Positions 1 through 11,127 of a DNA stretch of 43,103 nucleotides are shown here, piece by piece. Below the pieces are notes generated by a model. That model saw only the letters and a list, made by a program, of their open reading frames with translations. It did not search any database and had not been told where the DNA came from. The stretch comes from Hydrurus foetidus. Taxonomy: Eukaryota. The number at the start of each line of letters is the position of its first letter. Within the stretch, counting starts at the first letter, position 1. The stretch is from assembly GCA_900617105.1 (NCBI GenBank), contig UYFQ01000560.1, positions 1-43,103 of the forward strand, given 5' to 3'. A program made the position numbers and the translations under genes.

Positions 1-2260
1 CACTTTACCCGACTACCTTTCGGACCCAAAAGAGCCCCCTCATATTTCCAAGAAATGATGGCCTCAATAGTCCTTTTAGGACTAATATACCAAATCTGTG
101 AAGTATACCTCGACGACATCATCGTTTATGGTAATGGATTTGATCAATTCTGCGAGCGATTAGAAATCCTTTTTCAACGCCTAGAAAACAAAAACATTTC
201 ACTAAAAGCCGCAAAGCTAAAGCTAAATGTGCGAATAGTTGAATATGTCGGTAGACAAATATCTAAAGAAGGTATAACTATGAGTTCCAAAAAATAAGAG
301 GTGTGACCGACTTTCCTATGCCACGAAAGACGACTGAACTTAGATCGTTCCTCGGACTCACCAATTATTTTCGGGATCATGTACCAAATCACTCCAACGT
401 GGTAGCACCACTGCACAAAATTATAGATCACGCCGCGAAAAAGCAATCAATGCTAATCTGGACAGATGACGCCGCAAATTCTTTTCAAAAGATAAAAGAT
501 CTAATTGCAAAGAGTCCTTTATTATATTTCATACACGATACAGCGCCCATTACCCTCATGACCGATGCGTCAGATTACGGGATCGGCGGCTATTTGTATC
601 AAGAAGTCGACGGAGAAAAACAACTCGTCGCTCTCGTAAGCAAGTCTCTTACCAAGACTCAACTGAAATGGTCAGTAATACAAAAAGAAGCCTTCGCGCT
701 ATATTATTGCTGTACTTATCTCGACGCACTGCTGCGAGACCGTAAATTCACAATCCTAACAGACCACAAAAATCTTACGTTCCTAGAAAAGGATAAAAAC
801 GAGATGGTCGGCAGATGGCGTATGGCCCTGCAGGAACTAGAATATACGATAGGGTACATCCCGGGAAAACAAAATGAAATTGCTGACGCAATGTCTCGCC
901 TATGTTTAAACAGAATGCCTCCTAAAACAGGAATAATAGCAGCAATTCTGACACACAAACCAATAACGACAGAGCAATATAACCTAATTGCAACGTGCCA
1001 CAACACGATAGTCGGACATGGTGGTGTACAACGCACACTGCGTAATTTAAAAAAACAAATAACATATGGCTGGGAATGCGTGACGCAGTAAAAACATTCA
1101 TTAAAAATTGTCCGTGTTGCCAAAAGATGTCGGCAATGAAATATCCCATCAACGCATACCGGTACACAACCTCAACATACAAGCCAATGGAATGCCTTAA
1201 CATAGACTTCATTGGTCCATTTCCCGATAAAGGATATATCCTTGTTATGATCGACACCTTCTCAAGGTTTGTCGAACTCTACGCAACACCTGATGCAACA
1301 GCCAAATCAGCGTGCACAGCACTTGTAGAACACGTGGGACGCTACGGCTCACCATGTATACTTCGATCAGATAATGGACCCCACTTCGCAAGCCACATCA
1401 TAGATGAGTTTGTGAAGATTGTTGGAACAACACACAACAAAATATTACCATACTGTTCAGAAGAAAACGCTATCGTCGAGCGAATCAACAAAGAAATCAA
1501 TCGCCATATAACCGCGTACGCATACGAACGCGCAACTACGGAAAACTACGCGGAAATATTACCGTTTGTACAAAGAATACTAAATTCAACCGTAAATGAC
1601 CGGATGAAAGTGTCTCCAGCACAACTCATCTATGGCAACGCGATCGACCTCGACGCAAACATCCTCCTCCGAGAGATGAAATTGATTTAGATTTCGACTC
1701 ACTCACACGGTCAACTGATAAAATGTTAACGTTGCAAGATGAACTCATCGAAATCACCGCACGTCTACTCAAAGAATCCGACGACTTGCACAATGCACAA
1801 CAACTTCCCAACGTCACACAGTTCGGAGTCGACACATTTGTACTTGTCCAACAAAGAACATCACCAGAAACGCGCATGCACACACTGTGGCGCGGCCCAA
1901 TGCGAGTTGTCAGCCACAACTTCGCAGAGTATACATTACTCGATCTGGTAACACACAAAGAAAAGTTGTACCACATGACCCAACTCAAACCGTTTCACTT
2001 TGATCCTACGCATGTCGATCCAACTGACATCGCTCGTAGAGATTATCTAGAATTCTTCATAGAGGAAATCCTAGAAATGAAAGGAAACATAAGAGCATAC
2101 AAATCACTCACATTTCATGTGAAATGGCTCAACTACACCCATGAACACAACACATGGGAACCGTGGACACACATGCGTAAAGCGCAAAAGTACATGAGTT
2201 CTTAATCAAAAGAACCTCAAACACTTAATACCACGCGAATTCATCGCAAACTACCGTTAA
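1..2260 (+). CDS. pol: Pol polyprotein C-terminal part (RT, RNase H, integrase, GPY/F, chromodomain), split by single-base frameshifts
   Basis: RLPFG and YLDDII (RT); TDASDYGIGG, EAF and TDHKNL (RNase H); H..H..CPCC zinc finger; IDFIGP/SDNG/VERINKE catalytic D,D,E; WRGPM; FFIEEI..VKWLNY..NTWEP chromodomain. Frameshifts at about 294, 1058, 1670, 2190 and 2210. Confidence 0.92.
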
Positions 2261-2453
2261 CCGGTAAAAATAAAAATAAAAATTGATTAACTAAATCATA
2301 AAGATTCCTCCTAAATTGGATCCTCAGGGATTTTAGGGAGGTTTATTCAGTAAGGAACTTTCAGTTCTTAGTCTGAAATAGTTATTCAATAAGTTAGTTA
2401 CTTACTCATAGTTAGTATTTTGATGATGAATTTTGTCATTAGTACACCCCTTT

Positions 2454-2466
2454 AGAGAGAGAGGGG
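2454..2466 (+). other. Polypurine tract of element A
   Basis: AGAGAGAGAGGGG, 3 nt before the LTR start TGTGA at 2470. Confidence 0.85.
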
Positions 2467-2469
2467 CAC

Positions 2470-2686
2470 TGTGACCCGCACACCCGTACGGGCTGTACGG
2501 GTACAGGCGTACGTTCGGACCGGATCGAGGACGATCCGATCCATCCGATTCATTGCCATGATACCTGCTGTGTTTACCTGTAAGCTAACCACATTGTTTC
2601 CATAGCAATAGCTCTCCCAGCTTCTTTTCCCTCGCTCCCGCTCCCAGCTGACCCGCTCCCAGTGCCCAGATCCTGACAAGGCCACA
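2470..2686 (+). repeat. 3' LTR of element A (~217 bp)
   Basis: Starts TGTGA directly after the PPT and ends GGCCACA, the terminal motif shared with the LTRs of C and D (GGACCACA). The first ~125 bp are clearly similar to the reverse complement of 3147-3269. Confidence 0.75.
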
Positions 2687-3269
2687 GTATTGTTGGTTTA
2701 CTTTCGCACGATTTTGAAGGAAATCGTTTGAAAGTTTGGCAGGTCGTTGGAGCCTCTACGGGAGTGAGATTGCGGGCGTTTGGGCCAGTTTTTGTTTCTA
2801 TAACGATGGAACTTGCTTTCGCTCGACTCAGAGCTACTTGCTTCGTTAGGCTTCGAGTTTTAGGGTCGTCAACGATTTTGTCGCGAAAATATCGACGACT
2901 CGAATCTTTTAACTAAAGCGTTTCAGAGGCAGTCGATTCGACGTAGCCTATGTAGTGTCTTTCGACGTTGTTTTCACTTGTTTCCGAGTTACTAGCTTAT
3001 TTGCACGCCATTTTACGGGTCGTGGCGATGTTTTTGGAGCGCGTTTTGGAACTGGTCTCTGAAAAGAGCACCAAGTTGGTCCAAATACTAGTATTATGGC
3101 CTAACTATGGGCTGAACGGTATGTTGCTGGTGCTGTTGGCTAAAAGATGTGGTTAGCTTACAGATAAACACAGAGATAGGCAAGTCATGAATCGGATTGC
3201 TCGGATCGTCCTCGATCCGAACCGAACGTACGCCGGTACCCGTACAGCTGTACAGCTGTGCGGGTCACA
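2687..3269 (-). mobile_element. Element B remnant: 5' LTR (3095-3269) plus 5' leader of an A-related Gypsy element, interrupted by A
   Basis: The minus strand starts TGTGACCCGCAC like LTR A and ends GGCCATA (variant of GGCCACA). The palindrome 3084-3095 overlaps that end, at the PBS position. Confidence 0.7.
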
Positions 3270-3748
3270 ACGGCAAAAGCTTCAGAATTCACATCAGGAC
3301 AGTCTACGAGAAAAGCATCATGAGGCGGCTGGAAGAAGTTCGCGGCTACCCAACTGAGAACTCAGCTCAAAACGATTTGAAGAGGCTGAAGTCACACCTC
3401 CTTGATAATGGAAGAGATTTGAAGACGTTTCAGAAAATTTTTAGCAATGAATGGAATTGCAAGAACAATGCCCAAGTTCAGAGCTACCGTGCAGCTTTAG
3501 CTCCTTTGAAGGGGGTTATCTTGATGAGGAGGAACCACAATCTCAATAGAGAGTACTCTCTCTATGTCAAACTCATGATGGCATCCCAAACTGTCTATGA
3601 TTCAAGAGAAATTTGGGAGAAGAACTATGCTGATGATGCTAGCATGAAAGAGAGGCTCTTACGACGACACGCCAGAGACCCAAAGGTTCTTCACGCGAGC
3701 ACAATCAAAGGCATGCTATCTATCGAAGCGTCTACATCGTCTGCCTGA
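3270..3748 (+). other. 5'-truncated ORF of unknown function, cut by the LTR of element B
   Basis: About 160 stop-free codons with protein-like composition; no recognisable family. Confidence 0.3.
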
Positions 3749-4949
3749 AGATTGCTCGCGTGCCCTACTCGCATCACGATACACTGGGCGAAAGCGGTCG
3801 GTCTAGCGAGAGCGGTTGGAACCATGGTGGTTACCACTTCGCTTTTCCTCCTGCTTGACATGTGTTGTGCTGCGACGGTCTTCAGCCCACCCGTCGTCGG
3901 AAAACAATCCGTAACAAGCACGCTTGTACTTGTGCCCCTCTTCCTTTCGTGCCTTGAGGTAGGCAGCCACTTTCTCTCCTCCGTTTCTGGGAGGACTCTA
4001 TCGATTTGGAGGGTCGCATAACCCCGGTACTTCCATGACAGTCCTGATTTGGAGGCAACCCAATTCACGAAATGGTCTGGGTTGGTTCCTTGGCAGGTGA
4101 TGCATAGGCATCTGTTAAGGGGATAATCTCTTCCACAGTTGCGGCAACCCGGTGCGATGATCGCCACTGCCTCCGACCTGGGCTGCTCTCCACGAAGGTC
4201 AGGTCGCACGGGTAGTGAGGTCTTCTTGATGGTCTGGGTAACCGTCTTGTAGCATGGAGCATTGGGTGGGTAAGAGTAAATAATAGCGGTGTTGCCATAC
4301 TTGGTTACCTTCTGCTGATCTCGCCTTGCGTTTTTGAGCACCTTGATGAATCGGAGGAGACAGGTCCTCCACGTCTCTTCATCCCTAACATTCCCCTCTA
4401 ATATGAGCTGCAGATAGTCGGTCTGGATCTGGCTCCCTGGGGGGAAGCGTTACTTGACTAGGTCCCGCTTCTGTTCCAATATCATCTGGGAATGCTCCAT
4501 CGCCAAGGAGCGAGCATCGTCTGGACTTCCAGATTTGGGTCGTCGTAGCAGTGCTGAAAGGCCACCTTCTCGAATGCTTGAGTCAGGGTCTCCCCTGTCT
4601 CGGGTCACATCCCGAAGTAGCTGACGGCGAGTTCTGCGATTGTCGGGATAGGCAGGTTCTTGAAGTTGGCCACCTGTGCAGCCGTGAGGTGCTTGATGGT
4701 GTCGTCTGTCATGATGCGGATGTCCAATGCGTCCATCGCTTCTTCTCTCATCACTTTGTTGAGCGCGATACCATCCCCCTGGCTATTGGCCTGCTCGAGG
4801 AAATCTTTGGCCGCCTGAAAAGTGATCTGATAGTCCTCAATCACAAAGAGCGGCTTCTGCAACTGTAGTAATCTCGTCAGGTTCTTGTTGTAACCAGTGC
4901 TTCCTCCATTTCCACCGGCGTTCCCGGGAGGGAAGGTCCTCTGTGACAT
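3691..4949 (-). pseudogene. gag: Decayed gag of element C
   Basis: LQKPLFVIEDYQITFQAAKDFLEQANSQGD..EEAMDALD aligns by eye with D (FNKKLFVLQNTLISSEQAGRFLAQAVTMGD..EAAMDTLD); KVTKYGNT matches KVAQYGDT; degenerate knuckle CRNCG; stops and frameshifts. Confidence 0.75.
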
Positions 4950-5624
4950 GAATCATGCATTCATCTCGAAAGCTCATCCAAAATCCTTTTCGGATAAATC
5001 CCCGCGCAGCTGTCGTAATCATCTTGTTCAGGCTGCAGCTGCGGTCTAGGAGGCAGACGAGGAACACCTGTCCCCAATGATGAAGACTGAGACGAAGTCG
5101 TTACAGGCGTCGGATTCATCGCCTTGATTGTGTCCCAAAACTTTTCAAGAAAAGTTTTGGGTTAACTCTTTTAAAACCTCTAAGATCTTCCAAATCCCTC
5201 GAAAAGTTTGCAAGGGGTTTCCCTAGAGCGACTCCATAAACGCTGTCTTCGACGGACTTTGGGAAAAAAACAAACAAATAGGTGGGCTAAAATTCTCTTC
5301 GAAAATTCGAAGGACAGATCACCACGAGGAAAGCTCCTCCAGCGGTCCACGATAGCTTAAATTGGCCAGCTAGTGAAGGCTCCTGCTCCGGCTCTGTCAT
5401 TAATAATTCAGATATGGGATACTTATGTTCTATCTTATTGGAATTGACTTCGATACTTTAGCGGAGATAAAATCTCACGCTGGGACGCTCCGGCAAAGTT
5501 GGCGCGGCGGCTGAAAACTTGGCGGATGGGGCCGCGTGGACAGGAAGTCTAGCTAAGCAGGATGGAATTGAAGAAGGTTGATTTGTAGTAGAATTTAGAA
5601 GGAAAAATGGACAAGTATCGATAC

Positions 5625-5822
5625 TGTGGTCCGAGAGGGGTTGGGGAAATGTAGAATTGACAAGAGGAGCTCTCTTAGAGTTACAACCGGTCGAAAGCTA
5701 TCTATGGGATTAATAACCAAAAGGTTGCACTGAAAGGTAAGAGATGCCAGGATTGGCATCTCAAACTACCATACATCTACAAGCATGTGTGTACCGCTAG
5801 GAGGGTTCGGGGTCCGAAGACA
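5625..5822 (-). repeat. 5' LTR of element C (~198 bp)
   Basis: + strand TGTGGTCC...GAAGACA; patchy similarity to the LTRs of D (AAAGGTTGCA, AAGGTAAG, GAGATG, GAGGGT blocks). Confidence 0.7.
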
Positions 5823-6308
5823 ATCGAAGAAATTGCAATTGTAAAACCAATGGAAATTGGGGAAAACTTTTGCAGATGGAACCTTGTAATTCGTGTCATC
5901 CGGATCAGGATGTGGTAATCAGAAGATTGTCAGATGGATTTTTGATGGTGCTGTGAAAATTGGTAGATTCAGAGGATTGAGATTGGTCAATGAGGACTTT
6001 CGACATGTGAACGCAATGTCGATTACACAGTTTGCGATGGTCCCCGAAGGGTCAAGTAATAGATTATTGCGCAAACGCTTTGGTTACTGGAACATCATTG
6101 ACATTAGGGGTGTGTTAGGATATGACATTGTGCAGACTAGGAATCACTTTAGAGATAATATCATGAACGATATCCAGCCCGGATATTTGCAGCTTAAGCG
6201 TACGTTTTAAGATAATTTGCAGACCGGATGGTACTATACACCAACCCACGGTAACATCAGGAATGAAATGTTGGAGTGATGAATCACACCAAGTAGCATA
6301 CTAGCTGT

Positions 6309-6515
6309 TGTGGTCCAAAGAAGCTAGAAGAGGCAGCATGGTAGTTTGGGCTTACAACGGAAGGTGAGCTTGCAGAGCTGTAAAACTCTGCATGCAAAGG
6401 TTATAAGGTAAGCTAACAAGCTGCGAGATGTCAGAGGGACTCTCAACCACATGTACAAACGGCTATACGGTACTAGAGAGGGTAGGAATGTGGTACTAAA
6501 TCCTGTCCCATCACA
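6309..6515 (-). repeat. 3' LTR of element D (207 bp)
   Basis: TGTGGTCC...ATCACA; direct repeat of the split right-hand LTR; adjacent PPT. Confidence 0.92.
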
Positions 6516-6530
6516 TTACCCCCACTTACT
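6516..6530 (-). other. Polypurine tract of element D
   Basis: Minus-strand AGTAAGTGGGGGTAA immediately before the LTR. Confidence 0.7.
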
Positions 6531-6757
6531 CCTTTCGGAAACGGCCCAAGTCTCGCTTCTCTCTTACTACACTACTTAATTGTAACTTAAATAAAAATAT
6601 TTGAACTAAAAAACTAAAGCAGAAAAATTACATCAAAAGTTTGAAAAATGATGAAAAATTAATAGTCTAGAAGAGAGTTTGGGACAGGCCCTCCGAGGGA
6701 GCGTCCGTGCGTCCGACAGCAGCGATCTTGACCGAGTGTGAGTATGTCAGGTTTCAC

Positions 6758-7035
6758 TAGAGTGATTGCGATTTCCGTTATTTGACTTTTTTACTTTTTG
6801 AATATTCAACTTTTCAAATGCCCTCCCGAAGTGGTTGCGAAGGGCAAATTCAACCCTCAGGGAAAATAAAAATGAGATCAGTGATTTTCACAGAATGAAA
6901 AAAGTCGAATTTCACATTTTGACGGATCCGATTTTTTTTATTTTGAGTGGGGGATTCAAGAATATTTGAATATTTTTTCGGGGTTTTCTTGAATATTTGA
7001 AAAAAAGTCAAATAACAAAAATCGCAACCACTCTA
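6758..7035. mobile_element. MITE-like element (~278 bp) in the 3' UTR of D
   Basis: ~35-bp TIRs: TAGAGTGATTGCGATTTCCGTTATTTGACTTTTTT versus the reverse complement of the right end, TAGAGTGGTTGCGATTTTTGTTATTTGACTTTTTT. AT-rich and non-coding. Confidence 0.75.
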
Positions 7036-7093
7036 CTGACTAAAACCGTAAAACCCACGTAGGGTTAATAATGGGTAAATTTTGAGCAAAATC

Positions 7094-10000
7094 TCACTCC
7101 GGCATATCTTCGCCACGCAGGTTGCATGTAACCAGCGCCTTCAGTCCAATGTTCTTGAGGTAGGTGTGCAGTTGGTCCGTGAGTCTCAGAGCACTCCATG
7201 GCTCCCATGAGTTGTGCTCCTCACTACAATTAAGCCACTTGACGAGGAAAGTCAGTGTGGCGACTTTCTTGGTGTTGCCTTTGTGCGATGTGATCGCCTC
7301 GATATAGAACTCCATGTACTCGCGGCGGGCCGAATCCATTGGCTCGATTTTGGCCGGATCGAACAGGAATATCTTGAGCTTTTAAGCGTGGATCTTCTTA
7401 GTCTTCTTAGTAACGATGTTCAAGAGAACATACTCTGAATCTCGATGGGAGATCACCTCCATCGGACCCTGCCAGCGTGTGTGTGATCGCGTAGGGGGGC
7501 CTGTAGCGTATTGAGCTAGTACGTACAAACCGATGGGGAATACGGTTGGATCCGGCTGATCCGTTAAACGTTGGACCGCGTTCTCCTGCGCCATCTCTTG
7601 GACTGTTCTGTGCGCTGTATCTTGAGCGTTGATCATGTCCGCCATGATGCGTGAGCCCGGCGTCTTTGGATAGCCTGGAATGCGTCAGAACTGTCCTGTG
7701 TCCACACTAGTGGTGAGTTCTTCTTGCCTTTGTGGTCGATCATATCTTGAAGCGGTTTAAGTATTAACGAGCGATTTGGTACAAATCCCCGGAAATAGTT
7801 CTCCAGTCCTAGTAGGGATCTTAGTGCATGGAGGTTCCGCGGTTTCTCAAAGTTGAGTACCGACTGGATCTTGACCTTTGACATTGACAGGCCTTCTTTA
7901 GAGATGACGCGTCCGACATACTCTATCTGAGGCAGGCCGAATTTGCACTTCTTAACCTTGAGGAGTAGGCTGCGCTCTCGGAAGCGCTGGAATACCTCTT
8001 TCAGAACTGATCCTCACTTGAAGCATAGACAATGCAGTCTTCCAAGTACATCTCACAGGAGACGTATAGTAGGCCTTGAGGAACTTTGGTGACCATTTGC
8101 TCTTGGAAGTAGGAGGGGGCCATATAGGTCCGAACGGTAACCGTGTAAATTGGTACAATCCGCAAAAACACAGAAACGCTGTGAACACACGGTGCGGAGG
8201 ATATAGTGGGGCCTGGTGATATCTCGCAGTCAGGTCCATGACACCAAACACAGTCGGTTTGTTGTGTCCTATTCTTTTGAATAGCCCGCGAATGTAAGGG
8301 AGGGGCCAGCTGGCGGGCTTGATGCAATCGTTGAGGTTCCTATAGCCAATGCAGACTCGCACCTCATCTTCTGTCTTCTGTACAATCACTGGGTAACTGT
8401 AATACGAGGCGTTTGATTTCTCAATAACGCCGTCAGCAAACATCGTGGTGATATCTTTCTCTATCTCGATGTTGTTCTTGACTTACTGGGGTCGACATGG
8501 GGTCCAGTTCCCAGGGGTCTCCCACAGTGGTTCGTCCACGTCAAACCGGAACGGTGTTAGGTCCGCGGCCCTTTCTGCGAGCACATCACTGAAGATGTCC
8601 CGGTATTCCATGACAAGATCTTGTAATCTGTGTACTTGGTTCTCACTACCAGCGAACACAAATTGTTGTAGGAAAGCTTTGGTGTCGTCCTCCACTCTAT
8701 GAAGACCCTTGTTGTTGCTGAAGAAAGCACCGAAGGTGTCGACTTTGTCATTATCAATCTCATCGACGGAGACTATGATACCACTGGGCTTAGCGCAGAC
8801 AGGGTGAAGAATATCTTCGCTTTCTGTAGGTGGTGTCTTCGAAGGGGTGTGAGGGAGGTCGACACCCGGACGCGGTGTATCGTCCGTACGTACAGCCAAG
8901 GCAGCAACTACGTTGCCTGGAAGCTGACAACCCTCGTTGCCACGAGCCGGGGGGTTAGCAAGACCTTTTTGGGGTGCACACTTACAATCTGGCGAGCATA
9001 TAGTCGGCTGAGTGTCGGTGTCGGGTACCAAAGATGCAACGACTTGGTCTATGGTAGACGGTGTGGGACCATACTTAGCCTTCATCTTCTCAGCGAGTTT
9101 CGCCCTTTCCTTTGCTGTTTTCTTACGCTGTGAGGGGTTCAACTTCTCAGAAGTACGTGCTGGCAACGTCTTCGGTTCAGCGACAGCCGGTGTCGAAGGA
9201 ATCACCTTAAAGGTAAGAGGTTTCGCCGTGGCCGTCTTACGCGAATAGTCTTTAGGGGGCTTATCAGGTTTATCCGAGACGGGCTTTTTAGCTACCAGAG
9301 GTGGCAGTTGTGGTGCGGACAGTGTCTTAAAACCCAAAGCGGATGGTGTCAAAATGTCAAAATTATTTATCGCCAGGGTTGTCCGACCCGCAATTAAATC
9401 GATTTCTTCGTTAGGGTTAACGTTAACCGTAAAGTACACCGTGTGTATAATATCATCGTGTGATTGAATAATTGTGGCTATGTCTACAGCATTGTCACTC
9501 AGGTAGCAGGTGCGATCCAGGCCACTGCATACAGTCATGGGAACATGTGAGGTGTAGATGTAAGGCAGTGCATTCATTTTGACTAGGCAGTCACGCGAGA
9601 TGAAATTCCCTGGAAAGCTGCCCGTGTCCAGCAACGCATACCCCTCAACTTGCTTTGACTGTCCCATTACCGCGTCTTGAGTGTCTTTACGCTGTACAGC
9701 AAAGATATTGCAAGATAGGTAATCAGTCGGGTTAGTTGAGATGGGAGGTTGCACATCCGAAGGTACAAGGTCCGTACGTATGGGGATGGGTAAGACAACT
9801 GTAAGTGCAGGTAACGCAGTAAGCGGCTGTATGGCAGCAACAATGTCAGAAGCAGGCGCGTGTGCATGGACAGAGTCTACAGTCGGCAGAGACTTTCTTC
9901 TTTTGTTGGATCTTGGTTGGAAACTGCTTTTTGGCTGGGAGCTGCCTTTGGCTCGATTGTGGCGCGATCCCTGTCCGCCTCCTTTCTTGTTGTCGTACTT

Positions 10001-11127
10001 ACGACTGTCTTGTCTGCCGTCGTCGTCTCGGTCACGACTGCGTTCACGGTTGGAAGAACGACCACGATCTGCGTGTCGCTCGAGTGCTTTGCGTTCGTTC
10101 AGATCGCGGTCCTCTCTCTCCTGCTCCTGCAGAGTGCGTCGGTCTCGTGCGGGACGGTCGTCCTCAGACTCGCTGTTGTAACGGACACGTATTGAAGTAT
10201 CAGCATCCTCTGAGGATTCCTCCGCGCGTTTCTTCCGACGAAGCTCCCATCCTGGAAGATACAGATGCTCTACGAAGGTATCATGACCCTCTGCCATCCA
10301 TGCCTTTCCCATTGTAGACTCACTCCATAGCACGCGGTGTTGGTGGTTCGTGTCATGTAAGCCTTTGAAGGGGCAGTCCGTTACATGGTGTGTAGCGAAA
10401 CCGCAGCACTGGCATTCAGCCGGATCCGAGTTGTACGCACGGCGCCCACTCCTTTGTTGCACTAGGTCTGACGTCGCGCGGGTGGAGGCTGACGCAGCAG
10501 TGTTGCTGGGACCAGACCATCCTGACGCTGATGCCGTAGACTTGACGCTAGTGGGTGAGAAGGTGTGGACGATGGGGGTATCGCCGTACTGAGCTACCTT
10601 GAACAACGCTTGGCATGCGACTGTGAGTGTCTTGCAAAACCGATAGACGCATGTCAACCAGGTGTAGCTGACTTAAGGGCTATCTGGGTTCGCTACGAAC
10701 GCTACCATCCTCTTGACTTTATCTGCCTTCTTCATGTCGAAGTAGTCGTTTTCAGAACCTTTAGCGAAGGATCGCACCGGATTTACATGTCCAGCGTATC
10801 CATAGCCGCTTCCGTCATAGTCTGCTGGATGTCAATTGAATCCCCCATGGTGACAGCCTGTGCGAGGAACCTCCCGGCTTGCTCTGAGCTTATCAGAGTG
10901 TTCTGTAACACAAAGAGTTTCTTGTTGAAAGAAAGAGCTTTGGTTATGGAGGACACCAGGGAGTTCTGGGTCTCTCCTCCCCTTGATGTTAAAGAGAAAT
11001 TTAACTCATTGACAGGGCTTGGAGGATCCGCAGACCCTGTCTCCGCGAACCTCCTGATCTCCTCCTCCGTTAACTCTGGTGGGGCTGGAGTTGAGGAGGG
11101 AGATGGGATCGGTTGCTCCGGTTCCAT
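7094..11127 (-). pseudogene. gag-pol of element D, decayed and internally deleted
   Basis: CCHC knuckle CQCCGFATHHVTDC; protease ALLDTGS; RT motifs YPVIVQK, RVCIGYRNLN and RLPFG, with YLED replacing YLDD; jump at ~7665 to WQGPM and the chromodomain (VKWLN..NSWEPW). RNase H and the integrase core are missing. Confidence 0.9.

Larger units (their letters stand above)
1..2686 (+). mobile_element. Ty3/Gypsy chromodomain LTR retrotransposon, element A (5' part lies outside the window)
   Basis: RT-RNaseH-integrase-chromodomain order (Gypsy type), followed by a polypurine tract and a TG...CA LTR. Confidence 0.93.
3691..5822 (-). mobile_element. Element C: 3'-truncated Gypsy copy (5' LTR, leader, decayed gag)
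   Basis: LTR 5625-5822 and leader are similar to those of D; gag fragments are homologous to D gag. Confidence 0.8.

Noticed and set aside
2470..3269. 800-bp unit with ~125-bp terminal inverted repeats read as a TIR transposon, a DIRS-like end or a single long LTR
   Set aside because: No TSD, the left end follows a PPT, and both halves have their own LTR-end motif (2686, 3095). Two opposed LTRs explain it better.
5625..6316. TGTGGTCC direct repeat taken as the 8-bp TSD of an insertion
   Set aside because: It is the conserved LTR terminus of two separate elements (C and D); D has its own CTGT TSD.
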